From assembly GCF_009914755.1 (NCBI RefSeq), contig NC_060925.1: a stretch of DNA of 64,000 nucleotides. One strand, 5' to 3'. This document shows positions 26,700 through 40,000 of this stretch, in pieces. The position numbers and the translations under genes were made by a program. The number at the start of each line of letters is the position of its first letter. The stretch's first letter is position 1. Under the pieces are notes generated by a model that saw only the letters and a list, made by a program, of their open reading frames with translations, ran no database searches and had not been told where the DNA came from. This stretch comes from the human T2T-CHM13v2.0 reference genome, Homo sapiens.

Positions 26700-29600
26700 T
26701 TTTTGTGGAATTTGCATGTGGATTTCAGCCGCTTTGAGGTCAATGGTAGAATAGGAAATATCTTCCTATAGAAACTAGACAGAATGATTCTCAGAAACTC
26801 CTTTGTGATGTGTGCGTTCAACTCACAGAGTTTAACCTTTCTTTTCATAGAGCAGTTAGGAAACACTCTGTTTGTAAAGTCTGCAAGTGGATATTCAGAC
26901 CTCTTTGAGGCCTTCGTTGGAAACGGGATTTCTTCATATTCTGCTAGACAGAAGAATTCTCAGTAACTTCCTTGTGTTGTGTGTATTCAACTCACAGAGT
27001 TGAACGATCCTTTACACAGAGCAGACTTGAAACACTCTTTTTGTGGAATTTGCAAGTGGAGATTTCAGCCGCTTTGAGGTCAATAGTAGAAAAGGAAATA
27101 TCTTCGTAGAAAAACTAGGCAGAATGATTCTCAGAAACTCCTTTGTGATGTGTGTGTTCAACTCACAGAGTTTAACCTTTCTTTTCATAGAGCAGTTAGT
27201 AAACACTCTGTTTATAAAGTCTGCAAGTGGATATTCAGACCCCTTTGAGGCCTTCGTTGGAAACGGGATTTCTTCATATTATGCTAGACAGAAGAATTCT
27301 CAGTAACTTCCTTGTGTTGTGTGTATTCAACTGACAGAGTTGAACTTTCATTTAGAGAGAGCAGATTTGAAACACTGTTTTTGTGGAATTTGCAAGTGGA
27401 GATTTCAAGCGCTTTGGGGCCAAGGGCAGAAAAGGAAATATCTTCGTATAAAAACTAGACAGAATCATTCTCAGAAACTGCTGCGTGATGTGTGCGTTCA
27501 ACTCTCAGAGTTTAACTTTTCTTTTCATTCAGCGGTTTGGAAACACTCTGTTTGTTAAGTCTGCACGTGGATATTTTGACCACGTAGAGGCCTTCGTTGG
27601 AAACGGGTTTTTTTTCATGTAAGGCTAGACAGAAGAATTCCCAGTAACTTCCTTGTGTTGTGTGCATTCAACTGACAGAGTTGAACGTTCCCTTAGACAG
27701 AGCAGATTTGAAACACTCTATTTGTGCAATTTGCAAGTGTAGATTTCAAGCGCTTTAAGCTCAATGGCAGAAAAGGAAATATCTTCGTTTCAAAACTAGA
27801 CAGAATCATTCCCACAAACTGCGTTGTGATGTGTTCGTTCAACTCACAGAGTTTAACCTTTCTGTTCATAGAGCAGTTAGGAAACACTCTGTTTGTAAAG
27901 TCTGTAAGTGGATATTCTGACATCTTGTGGCCTTCGTTGGAAACGGGATTTCTTCATATTCTGCTAGACAGAAGAATTCTCAGTAACTTCCTTGTGTTGT
28001 GTGTATTCAACTCACAGAGTTGAACGATCCTTTACACAGAGCAGACTTGAAACACTCTTTTTGTGGAATTTGCAAGTGGAGATTTCAGCCGCTTTGAGGT
28101 CAATGGTAGAAAAGGAAACTATCTTCATATAAAGACTAGACAGAATGATTCTCAGAAAATCTTTTGTGATGTGTGCGTTCAACTCACAGAGTTTAACTTT
28201 TCTTCTCATAGAGCAGTTAGGAAACACTCTGTTTGTAAAGTCTGCAAGTGGATATTCAGACCTCTTTGAGGCCTTCGTTGGAAACGGGATTTCTTCATAT
28301 TATGATAGACAGAATAATTCTCAGTAACTTCCTTGTGTTGTGTGTATTCAACTCACAGAGTTGAAGGATCCTTTACAGAGAGCAGGCTTGAAACACTCTT
28401 TTTGTCGAATTTGCAAGTGGAGTTTGCAGCCGCTTTGAGGTCAATGGTAGAATAGGAAATATCTTCTGATAGAAACTAGACAGAATGATTCTCATAAACT
28501 CCTTTGTGAAGTGTGCGTTCAACTCACAGAGTTTAACCTTTCTTTTCATAGAGCAGTTAGGAAACACTCTGTTTGTAAAGTCGGCAAGTGGATATTCAGA
28601 CCTCCTTGAGGCCTTCGTTGGAAACAGGATTTCTTCATATTCTGCTAGACAGAAGAATTCTCAGTAACTTCCTTGTGTTGTGTTTATTCAACTCACAGAG
28701 TTGAAGGATCCTTTACACAGAGCAGACTTGAAACACTCTTTTTGTGGAATTTGCAAGTGGAGATTTCAGCCGCTTTGAGGTCAATGGTAGAAAAGTAAAT
28801 ATCTTCGTATAAAGACTAGACAGAATGATTCTCAGAAACTCCTTTGTGATGTGTGCGTTCAACTCACAGAGTTTAACCTTTCTGTTCATAGAGCAGTTAG
28901 GAAACACTCTGTTTGTAAAGTCTGCAAGTGGATATTCAGACCTCCTTGAGGCCTTCGTTGGAAACGGGATTTCTTCATATTCTGCTAGACAGAAGAATTC
29001 TCAGTAACTTCCTTGTGTTGTGTGTATTCAACTCACAGAGTTGAACGATCCTTTACACAGAGCAGACTTGAAACACTCTTTTTGTGGAATTTGCATGTGG
29101 ATTTCAGCCGCTTTGAGGTCAATGGTAGAATAGGAAATATCTTCCTATAGAAACTAGACAGAATGATTCTCAGAAACTCCTTTGTGATGTGTGCGTTCAA
29201 CTCACAGAGTTTAACCTTTCTTTTCATAGAGCAGTTAGGAAACACTCTGTTTGTAAAGTCTGCAAGTGGATATTCAGACCTCTTTGAGGCCTTCGTTGGA
29301 AACGGGATTTCTTCATATTCTGCTAGACAGAAGAATTCTCAGTAACTTCCTTGTGTTGTGTGTATTCAACTCACAGAGTTGAACGATCCTTTACACAGAG
29401 CAGACTTGAAACACTCTTTTTGTGGAATTTGCAAGTGGAGATTTCAGCCGCTTTGAGGTCAATAGTAGAAAAGGAAATATCTTCGTAGAAAAACTAGGCA
29501 GAATGATTCTCAGAAACTCCTTTGTGATGTGTGTGTTCAACTCACAGAGTTTAACCTTTCTTTTCATAGAGCAGTTAGTAAACACTCTGTTTATAAAGTC

Positions 29601-31080
29601 TGCAAGTGGATATTCAGACCCCTTTGAGGCCTTCGTTGGAAACGGGATTTCTTCATATTATGCTAGACAGAAGAATTCTCAGTAACTTCCTTGTGTTGTG
29701 TGTATTCAACTGACAGAGTTGAACTTTCATTTAGAGAGAGCAGATTTGAAACACTGTTTTTGTGGAATTTGCAAGTGGAGATTTCAAGCGCTTTGGGGCC
29801 AAGGGCAGAAAAGGAAATATATTCGTATAAAAACTAGACAGAATCATTCTCAGAAACTGCTGCGTGATGTGTGCGTTCAACTCTCAGAGTTTAACTTTTC
29901 TTTTCATTCAGCGGTTTGGAAACACTCTGTTTGTAAAGTCTGCACGTGGATATTTTGACCACGTAGAGGCCTTCGTTGGAAACGGGTTTTTTTTCATGTA
30001 AGGCTAGACAGAAGAATTCCCAGTAACTTCCTTGTGTTGTGTGCATTCAACTCACAGAGTTGAACGTTCCCTTAGACAGAGCAGATTTGAAACACTCTAT
30101 TTGTGCAATTTGCAAGTGTAGATTTCAAGCGCTTTAAGGTCAACGGCAGAAAAGGAAATATCTTCGTTTCAAAACTAGACAGAATCATTCCCACAAACTG
30201 CGTTGTGATGGGTTCGTTCAACTCACAGAGTTTAACCTTTCTGTTCATAGAGCAGTTAGGAAACACTCTGTTTGTAAAGTCTGTAAGTGGATATTCTGAC
30301 ATCTTGTGGCCTTCGTTGGAAACGGGATTTCTTCATATTCTGCTAGACAGAAGAATTCTCAGTAACTTCCTTGTGTTGTGTGTATTCAACTCACAGAGTT
30401 GAACGATCCTTTACACAGAGCAGACTTGAAACACTCTTTTTGTGGAATTTGCAAGTGGAGATTTCAGCCGCTTTGAGGTCAATGGTAGAAAAGGAAACTA
30501 TCTTCGTATAAAGACTAGACAGAATGATTCTCAGAAAATCTTTTGTGATGTGTGCGTTCAACTCACAGAGTTTAACTTTTCTTCTCATAGAGCAGTTAGG
30601 AAACACTCTGTTTGTAAAGTCTGCAAGTGGATATTCAGACCTCTTTGAGGCCTTCGTTGGAAACGGGATTTCTTCATATTATGATAGACAGAATAATTCT
30701 CAGTAACTTCCTTGTGTTGTGTGTATTCAACTCACAGAGTTGAAGGATCCTTTACAGAGAGCAGGCTTGAAACACTCTTTTTGTCGAATTTGCAAGTGGA
30801 GTTTGCAGCCGCTTTGAGGTCAATGGTAGAATAGGAAATATCTTCTGATAGAAACTAGACAGAATGATTCTCATAAACTCCTTTGTGAAGTGTGCGTTCA
30901 ACTCACAGAGTTTAACCTTTCTTTTCATAGAGCAGTTAGGAAACACTCTGTTTGTAAAGTCGGCAAGTGGATATTCAGACCTCCTTGAGGCCTTCGTTGG
31001 AAACAGGATTTCTTCATATTCTGCTAGACAGAAGAATTCTCAGTAACTTCCTTGTGTTGTGTTTATTCAACTCACAGAGT
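26700..31080 (+). repeat. Tandem duplication, period 2379 bp (one 14-mer)
   Basis: Paired at +2379: GCATGTGGATTTC with 2-bp deletion 26717/29096, CACGTAGAGG 27584/29963, TATGATAG 28305/30684 and GAAACAGGA 28626/31005. Confidence 0.85.
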
Positions 31081-34000
31081 TGAATGATCCTTTACACAGA
31101 GCAGACTTGAAACACTCTTTTTGTGGAATTTGCAAGTGGAGATTTCAGCCGCTTTGAGGTCAATGGTAGAAAAGTAAATATCTTCGTATAAAGACTAGAC
31201 AGAATGATTCTCAGAAACTCCTTTGTGGTGTGTGCGTTCAACTCACAGAGTTTAACCTTTCTGTTCATAGAGCAGTTAGGAAACACTCTGTTTGTAAAGT
31301 CTGCAAGTGGATATTCAGACCTCCTTGAGGCCTTCGTTGGAAACGGGATTTCTTCATATTCTGCTAGACAGAAGAATTCTCAGTAACTTCCTTGTGTTGT
31401 GTGTATTCAACTCACAGAGTTGAACGATCCTTTACACAGAGCAGACTTGAAACACTCTTTTTGTGGAATTTGCAAGTGGAGATTTCAGCCGCTTTGAGGT
31501 CAATGGTAGAATAGGAAATATCTTCTGATAGAAACTAGACAGAATGATTCTCAGAAACTCCTTTGTGATGTGTGCGTTCAACTAACAGAGTTTAACCTTT
31601 CTTTTCATAGAGCAGTTAGGAAACACTCTGTTTGTAAAGTCTGCAAGTGGATATTCAGACCTCTTTGAGGCCTTCGTTGGAAACGGGATTTCTTCATATT
31701 CTGCTATACAGAAGAATTCTCAGTAACTTCCTTGTGTTGTGTGTATTCAACTCACAGAGTTGAACGATCCTTTACACAGAGCAGACTTGAAACACTCTTT
31801 TTGTGGAATTTGCAAGTGGAGATTTCAGCCGCTTTGAGGTCAATGGTAGAAAAGGAAACTATCTTCGTATAAAGACTAGACAGAATGATTCCCACAAAAT
31901 CCTTTGTGATGTGTGTGTTCAACTCACAGAGTTTAACCTTTCTTTTCATAGAGCAGTTAGTAAACACTCTGTTTATAAAGTCTGCAAGTGGATATTCAGA
32001 CCCCTTTGAGGCCTTCGTTGGAAACGGGATTTCTTCATATTATGCTAGACAGAAGAATTCTCAGTAACTTCCTTCTGTTGTGTGTATTCAACTGACAGAG
32101 TTGAACTTTCATTTAGAGAGAGCAGATTTGAAACACTGTTTTTGTGGAATTTGCAAGTGGAGATTTCAAGCGCTTCGGGGCCAAAGGCAGAAAAGGAAAT
32201 ATCTTCGTATAAAAACTAGACAGAATCATTCTCAGAAACTGCTGCGTGATGTGTGCGTTCAACTCTCAGAGTTTAACTTTTCTTTTCATTCAGCGGTTTG
32301 GAAACACTCTGTTTGTAAAGTCTGCACGTGGAAATTTTGACCACTTAGAGGCCTTCGTTGGAAACGGGTTTTTTACATGTAAGGCTAGACAGAAGAATTC
32401 CCAGTAACTTCCTTGTGTTGTGTGCATTCAACTCACAGAGTTGAACGATCCCTTAGACAGAGCAGATTTGAAACACTCTATTTGTGCAATTTGCAAGTGT
32501 AGATTTCAAGCGCTTTAAGGTCAACGGCAGAAAAGGAAATATCTTCGTTTCAAAACTAGACAGAATCATTCCCACAAACTGCGTTGTGATGGGTTCGTTC
32601 AACTCACAGAGTTTTACCTTTCTGTTCATAGAGCAGTTAGGAAACACTCTGTTTGTAAAGTCTGTAAGTGGATATTCTGACATCTTGTGGCCTTCGTTGG
32701 AAACGGGATTTCTTCATATTCTGCTAGACAGAAGAATTCTCAGTAACTTCCTTGTGTTGTGTGTATTCAACTCACAGAGTTGAACGATCCTTTACACAGA
32801 GCAGACTTGAAACACTCTTTTTGTGGAATTTGCAAGTGGAGATTTCAGCCGCTTTGAGGTCAATGGTAGAAAAGGAAACTATCTTCATATAAAGACTAGA
32901 CAGAATGATTCTCAGAAAATCTTTTGTGATGTGTGCGTTCAACTCACAGAGTTTAACTTTTCTTCTCATAGAGCAGTTAGGAAACACTCTGTTTGTAAAG
33001 TCTGCAAGTGGATATTCAGACCTCTTTGAGGCCTTCGTTGGAAACGGGATTTCTTCATATTATGCTAGACAGAATAATTCTCAGTAACTTCCTTGTGTTG
33101 TGTGTATTCAACTCACAGAGTTGAAGGATCCTTTACAGAGAGCAGGCTTGAAACACTCTTTTTGTGGAATTTGCAAGTGGAGATTTCAGCCGCTTTGAGG
33201 TCAATGGTAGAATAGGAAATATCTTCTGATAGAAACTAGACAGAATGATTCTCATAAACTCCTTTGTGATGTGTGCGTTCAACTCACAGAGTTTAACCTT
33301 TCTTTTCATAGAGCAGTTAGGAAACACTCTGTTTGTAAAGTCTGCAAGTGGATATTCAGACCTCTTTGAGGCCTTCGTTGGAAACGGGATTTCTTCATAT
33401 TCTGCTAGACAGAAGAATTCTCAGTAACTTCCTTGTGTTGTGTTTATTCAACTCACAGAGTTGAATGATCCTTTACACAGAGCAGACTTGAAACACTCTT
33501 TTTGTGGAATTTGCAAGTGGAGATTTCAGCCGCTTTGAGGTCAATGGTAGAAAAGGAAACTATCTTCATATAAAGACTAGACAGAATGATTCTCAGAAAA
33601 TCTTTTGTGATGTGTGCGTTCAACTCACAGAGTTTAACTTTTCTTCTCATAGAGCAGTTAGGAAACACTCTGTTTGTAAAGTCTGCAAGTGGATATTCAG
33701 ACCTCTTTGAGGCCTTCGTTGGAAACGGGATTTCTTCATATTATGCTAGACAGAATAATTCTCAGTAACTTCCTTGTGTTGTGTGTATTCAACTCACAGA
33801 GTTGAAGGATCCTTTACAGAGAGCAGGCTTGAAACACTCTTTTTGTCGAATTTGCAAGTGGAGATTTCAGCCGCTTTGAGGTCAATGGTAGAATAGGAAA
33901 TATCTTCTTATAGAAACTAGACAGAATGATTCTCATAAACTCCTTTGTGATGTGTGCGTTCAACTCACAGAGTTTAACCTTTCTTTTCATAGAGCAGTTA

Positions 34001-37000
34001 GGAAACACTCTGTTTGTAAAGTCTGCAAGTGGATACTCAGACCTCCTTGAGGCCTTCGTTGGAAACGGGATTTCTTCATATTCTGCTAGACAGAAGAATT
34101 CTCAGTAACTTCCTTGTGTTGTGTTTATTCAACTCACAGAGTTGAATGATCCTTTACACAGAGCAGACTTGAAACACTCTTTTTGTGGAATTTGCAAGTG
34201 GAGATTTCAGCCGCTTTGAGGTCAATGGTAGAAAAGTAAATATCTTCGTATAAAGACTAGACAGAATGATTCTCAGAAACTCCTTTGTGGTGTGTGCGTT
34301 CAACTCACAGAGTTTAACCTTTCTGTTCATAGAGCAGTTAGGAAAAACTCTGTTTGTAAAGTCTGCAAGTGGATATTCAGACCTCCTTGAGGCCTTCGTT
34401 GGAAACGGGATTTCTTCATATTCTGCTAGACAGAAGAATTCTCAGTAACTTCCTTGTGTTGTGTGTATTCAACTCACAGAGTTGAACGATTCTTTACACA
34501 GAGCAGACTTGAAACACTCTTTTTGTGGAATTTGCAAGTGGAGATTTCAGCCGCTTTGAGGTCAATGGTAGAATAGGAAATATCTTCCTATAGAAACTAG
34601 ACAGAATGATTCTCAGAAACTCCTTTGTGATGTGTGCGTTCAACTCACAGAGTTTAACCTTTCTTTTCATAGAGCAGTTAGGAAACACTCTGTTTGTAAA
34701 GTCTGCAAGTGGATATTCAGACCTCTTTGAGGCCTTCGTTGGAAACGGGATTTCTTCATATTCTGCTAGACAGAAGAATTCTCAGTAACTTCCTTGTGTT
34801 GTGTGTATTCAACTGACAGAGTTGAACGATCCTTTACACAGAGCAGACTTGAAACACTCTTTTTGTGGAATTTGCAAGTGGAGATTTCAGCCGCTTTGAG
34901 GTCAATAGTAGAAAAGGAAATATCTTCGTAGAAAAACTAGGCAGAATGATTCTCAGAAACTCCTTTGGGATGTGTGTGTTCAACTCACAGAGTTTAACCT
35001 TTCTTTTCATAGAGCAGTTAGTAAACACTCTGTTTATAAAGTCTGCAAGTGGATATTCAGACCCCTTTGAGGCCTTCGTTGGAAACGGGATTTCTTCATA
35101 TTATGCTAGACAGAAGAATTCTCAGTAACTTCCTTGTGTTGTGTGTATTCAACTGACAGAGTTGAACTTTCATTTAGAGAGAGCAGATTTGAAACACTGT
35201 TTTTGTGGAATTTGCAAGTGGAGATTTCAAGCGCTTTGGGGCCAAGGGCAGAAAAGGAAATATCTTCGTATAAAAACTAGACGGAATCATTCTCAGAAAC
35301 TGCTGCGTGATGTGTGCGTTCAACTCTCAGAGTTTAACTTTTCTTTTCATTCAGCGGTTTGGAAACACTCTGTTTGTAAAGTCTGCACGTGGATATTTTG
35401 ACCACTTAGAGGCCTTCGTTGGAAACGGGTTTTTTTTCATGTAAGGCTAGACAGAAGAATTCCCAGTAACTTCCTTGTGTTGTGTGCATTCAACTCACAG
35501 AGTTGAACGTTCCCTTAGACAGAGCAGATTTGAAACACTCTATTTGTGCAATTTGCAAGTGTAGATTTCAAGCGCTTTAAGGTCAACGGCAGAAAAGGAA
35601 ATATCTTCGTTTCAAAACTAGACAGAATCATTCCCACAAACTGCGTTGTGATGTGTTCGTTCAACTCACAGAGTTTAACCTTTCTGTTCATAGAGCAGTT
35701 AGGAAACACTCTGTTTGTAAAGTCTGTAAGTGGATATTCTGACATCTTGTGGCCTTCGTTGGAAACGGGATTTCTTCATATTCTGCTAGACAGAAGAATT
35801 CTCAGTAACTTCCTTGTGTTGTGTGTATTCAACTCACAGAGTTGAACGATCCTTTACACAGAGCAGACTTGAAACACTCTTTTTGTGGAATTTGCAAGTG
35901 GAGATTTCAGCCGCTTTGAGGTCAATGGTAGAAAAGGAAACTATCTTCATATAAAGACTAGACAGAATGATTCTCAGAAAATCTTTTGTGATGTGTGCGT
36001 TCAACTCACAGAGTTTAACTTTTCTTCTCATAGAGCAGTTAGGAAACACTCTGTTTGTAAAGTCTGCAAGTGGATATTCAGACCTCTTTGAGGCCTTCGT
36101 TGGAAACGGGATTTCTTCATATTATGCTAGACAGAATAATTCTCAGTAACTTCCTTGTGTTGTGTGTATTCAACTCACCGAGTTGAAGGATCATTTACAG
36201 AGAGCAGGCTTGAAACACTCTTTTTGTCGAATTTGCAAGTGGAGATTTCAGCCGCTTTGAGGTTAATGGTAGAATAGGAAATATCTTCATATAAAGACTA
36301 GACAGAATGATTCTCAGAAAATCTTTTGTGATGTGTGCGTTCAACTCACAGAGTTTAACTTTTCTTCTCATAGAGCAGTTAGGAAACACTCTGTTTGTAA
36401 AGTCTGCATGTGGATATTCAGACCTCTTTGAGGCCTTCTTTGGAAACGGGATTTCTACATATTATGCTAGACAGAATAATTCTCAGTAACTTCCTTGTGT
36501 TGTGTGTATTCAACTCACAGAGTTGAAGGATCCTTTACAGAGAGCAGGCTTGAAACACTCTTTTTGTCGAATTTGCAAGTGGAGATTTCAGCCCCTTTGA
36601 GGTCAATGGTAGAATAGGAAATATCTTCTTATAGAAACTAGACAGAATGATTCTCATAAACTCCTTTGTGATGTGTGCGTTCAACTCACAGAGTTTAACC
36701 TTTCTTTTCATAGAGCAGTTAGGAAACACTCCGTTTGTAAGGTCTGCAAGTGGATATTCAGACCTCCTTGAGGCCTTCGTTGGAAACGGGATTTCTTCAT
36801 ATTCTGCTAGACAGAAGAATTCTCAGTAACTTCCTTGTGTTGTGTTTATTCAACTCACAGAGTTGAATGATCCTTTACACAGAGCAGACTTGAAACACTT
36901 TTTTTGTGGAATTTGCAAGTGGAGATTTCAGCCGCTTTGAGGTCAATGGTAGAAAAGTAAATATCTTCGTATAAAGACTAGACAGAATGATTCTCAGAAA

Positions 37001-40000
37001 CTCCTTTGTGGTGTGTGCGTTCAACTCACAGAGTTTAACCTTTCTGTTCATAGAGCAGTTAGGAAACACTCTGTTTGTAAAGTCTGCAAGTGGATATTCA
37101 GACCTCCTTGAGGCCTTCGTTGGAAACGGGATTTCTTCATATTCTGCTAGACAGAAGAATTCTCAGTAACTTCCTTGTGTTGTGTGTATTCAACTCACAG
37201 AGTTGAACGATCCTTTACACAGAGCAGACTTGAAACACTCTTTTTGTGGAATTTGCAAGTGGAGATTTCAGCCGCTTTGAGGTCAATGGTAGAATAGGAA
37301 ATATCTTCCTATAGAAACTAGACAGAATGATTCTCAGAAACTCCTTTGTGATGTGTGCGTTGAACTCACAGAGTTTAATCTGTCTTTTCATAGAGCAGTT
37401 AGGAAACACTCTGTTTGTAAAGTCTGCAAGTGGATATTCAGACCTCTTTGAGGCCTTCGTTGGAAACGGGATTTCTTCATATTCTGCTAGACAGAAGAAT
37501 TCTCAGTAACTTCCTTGTGTTGTGTGTATTCAACTCACAGAGTTGAACGATCCTTTACACAGAGCAGACTTGAAACACTCTTTTTGTGGAATTTGCAAGT
37601 GGAGACTTCAGCCGCTTTGAGGTCAATAGTAGAAAAGGAAATATCTTCGTAGAAAAACTAGGCAGAATGATTCTCAGAAACTCCTTTGTGATGTGTGTGT
37701 TCAACTCACAGAGTTTAACCTTTCTTTTCATAGAGCAGTTAGTAAACACTCTGTTTATAAAGTCTGCAAGTGGATATTCAGACCCCTTTGAGGCCTTCGT
37801 TGGAAACGGGATTTCTTCATATTATGCTAGACAGAAGAATTCTCAGTAACTTCCTTGTGTTGTGTGTATTCAACTGACAGAGTTGAACTTTCATTTAGAG
37901 AGAGCAGATTTGAAACACTGTTTTTGTGGAATTTGCAAGTGGAGATTTCAAGCGCTTTGGGGCCAAGGGCAGAAAAGGAAATATCTTCGTATAAAAACTA
38001 GACAGAATCATTCTCAGAAACTGCTGCGTGATGTGTGCGTTCAACTCTCAGAGTTTAACTTTTCTTTTCATTCAGCGGTTTGGAAACACTCTGTTTGTAA
38101 AGTCTGCACGTGGATATTTTGACCACTTAGAGGCCTTCGTTCGAAATGGGTTTTTTTTCATGTAAGGCTAGACAGAAGAATTCCCAGTAACTTCCTTGTG
38201 TTGTGTGCATTCAACTCACAGAGTTGAACGTTCCCTTAGACAGAGCAGATTTGAAACACTCTATTTGTGCAATTTGCAAGTGTAGATTTCAAGCGCTTTA
38301 AGGTCAACGGCAGAAAAGGAAATATCTTCGTTTCAAAACTAGACAGAATCATTCCCACAAACTGCGTTGTGATGTGTTCGTTCAACTCACAGAGTTTAAC
38401 CTTTCTGTTCATAGAGCAGTCAGGAAACACTCTGTTTGTAAAGTCTGTAAGTGGATATTGTGATATCTTGTGGCCTTCGTTGGAAACGGGATTTCTTCAT
38501 ATTCTGCTAGACAGAAGAATTCTCAGTAACTTCCTTGTGTTGTGTGTATTCAACTCACAGAGTTGAACGATCCTTTACACAGAGCAGACTTGAAACACTC
38601 TTTTTGTGGAATTTGCAAGTGGAGATTTCAGCCGCTTTGAGGTCAATGGTAGAAAAGGAAACTATCTTCATATAAAGACTAGACAGAATGATTCTCAGAA
38701 AATCTTTTGTGATGTGTGCGTTCAACTCACAGAGTTTAACTTTTCTTCTCATAGAGCAGTTAGGAAACACTCTGTTTGTAAAGTCTGCAAGTGGATATTC
38801 AGACCTCTTTGAGGCCTTCGTTGGAAACGGGATTTCTTCATATTATGCTAGACAGAATAATTCTCAGTAACTTCCTTGTGTTGTGTGTATTCAACTCACC
38901 GAGTTGAAGGATCCTTTACAGAGAGCAGGCTTGAAACACTCTTTTTGTCGAATTTGCAAGTGGAGATTTCAGCCGCTTTGAGGTCAATGGTAGAATAGGA
39001 AATATCTTCTTATAGAAACTAGACAGAATGATTCTCATAAACTCCTTTGTGATGTGTGCGTTCAACTCACAGAGTTTAACCTTTCTTTTCATAGAGCAGT
39101 TAGGAAACACTCTGTTTGTAAAGTCTGCAAGTGGATATTCAGACCTCCTTGAGGCCTTCGTTGGATACGGGATTTCTTCATATTCTGCTAGACAGAAGAA
39201 TTCTCAGTAACTTCCCTGTGTTGTGTTTATTCAACTCACAGAGTTGAACGATCCTTTACACAGAGCAGACTTGAAACACTCTTTTTGTGGAATTTGCAAG
39301 TGGAGATTTCAGCCGCTTTGAGGTCAATGGTAGAAAAGGAAACTATCTTCATATAAAGACTAGACAGAATGATTCTCAGAAAATCTTTTGTGATGTGTGC
39401 GTTCAACTCACAGAGTTTAACTTTTCTTCTCATAGAGCAGTTAGGAAACACTCTGTTTGTAAAGTCTGCAAGTGGATATTCAGACCTCTTTGAGGCCTTC
39501 GTTGGAAACGGGATTTCTTCATATTATGCTAGACAGAATAATTCTCAGTAACTTCCTTGTGTTGTGTGTATTCAACTCACAGAGTTGAAGGATCCTTTAC
39601 AGAGAGCAGGCTTGAAACACTCATTTTGTCGAATTTGCAAGTGGAGATTTCAGCCGCTTTGAGGTCAACGGTAGAATAGGAAATATCTTCTTATAGAAAC
39701 TAGACAGAATGATTCTCATAAACTCCTTTGTGATGTGTGCGTTCAACTCACAGAGTTTAACCTTTCTTTTCATAGAGCAGTTAGGAAACACTCTGTTTGT
39801 AAAGTCTGCAAGTGGATATTCAGACCGCCTTGAGGCCTTCGTTGGAAACGGGATTTCTTCATATTCTGCTAGACAGAAGAATTCTCAGTAACTTCCCTGT
39901 GTTGTGTTTATTCAACTCACAGAGTTGAATGATCCTTTACACAGAGCAGACTTGAAACACTCTTTTTGTGGAATTTGCAAGTGGAGATTTCAGCCGCTTT

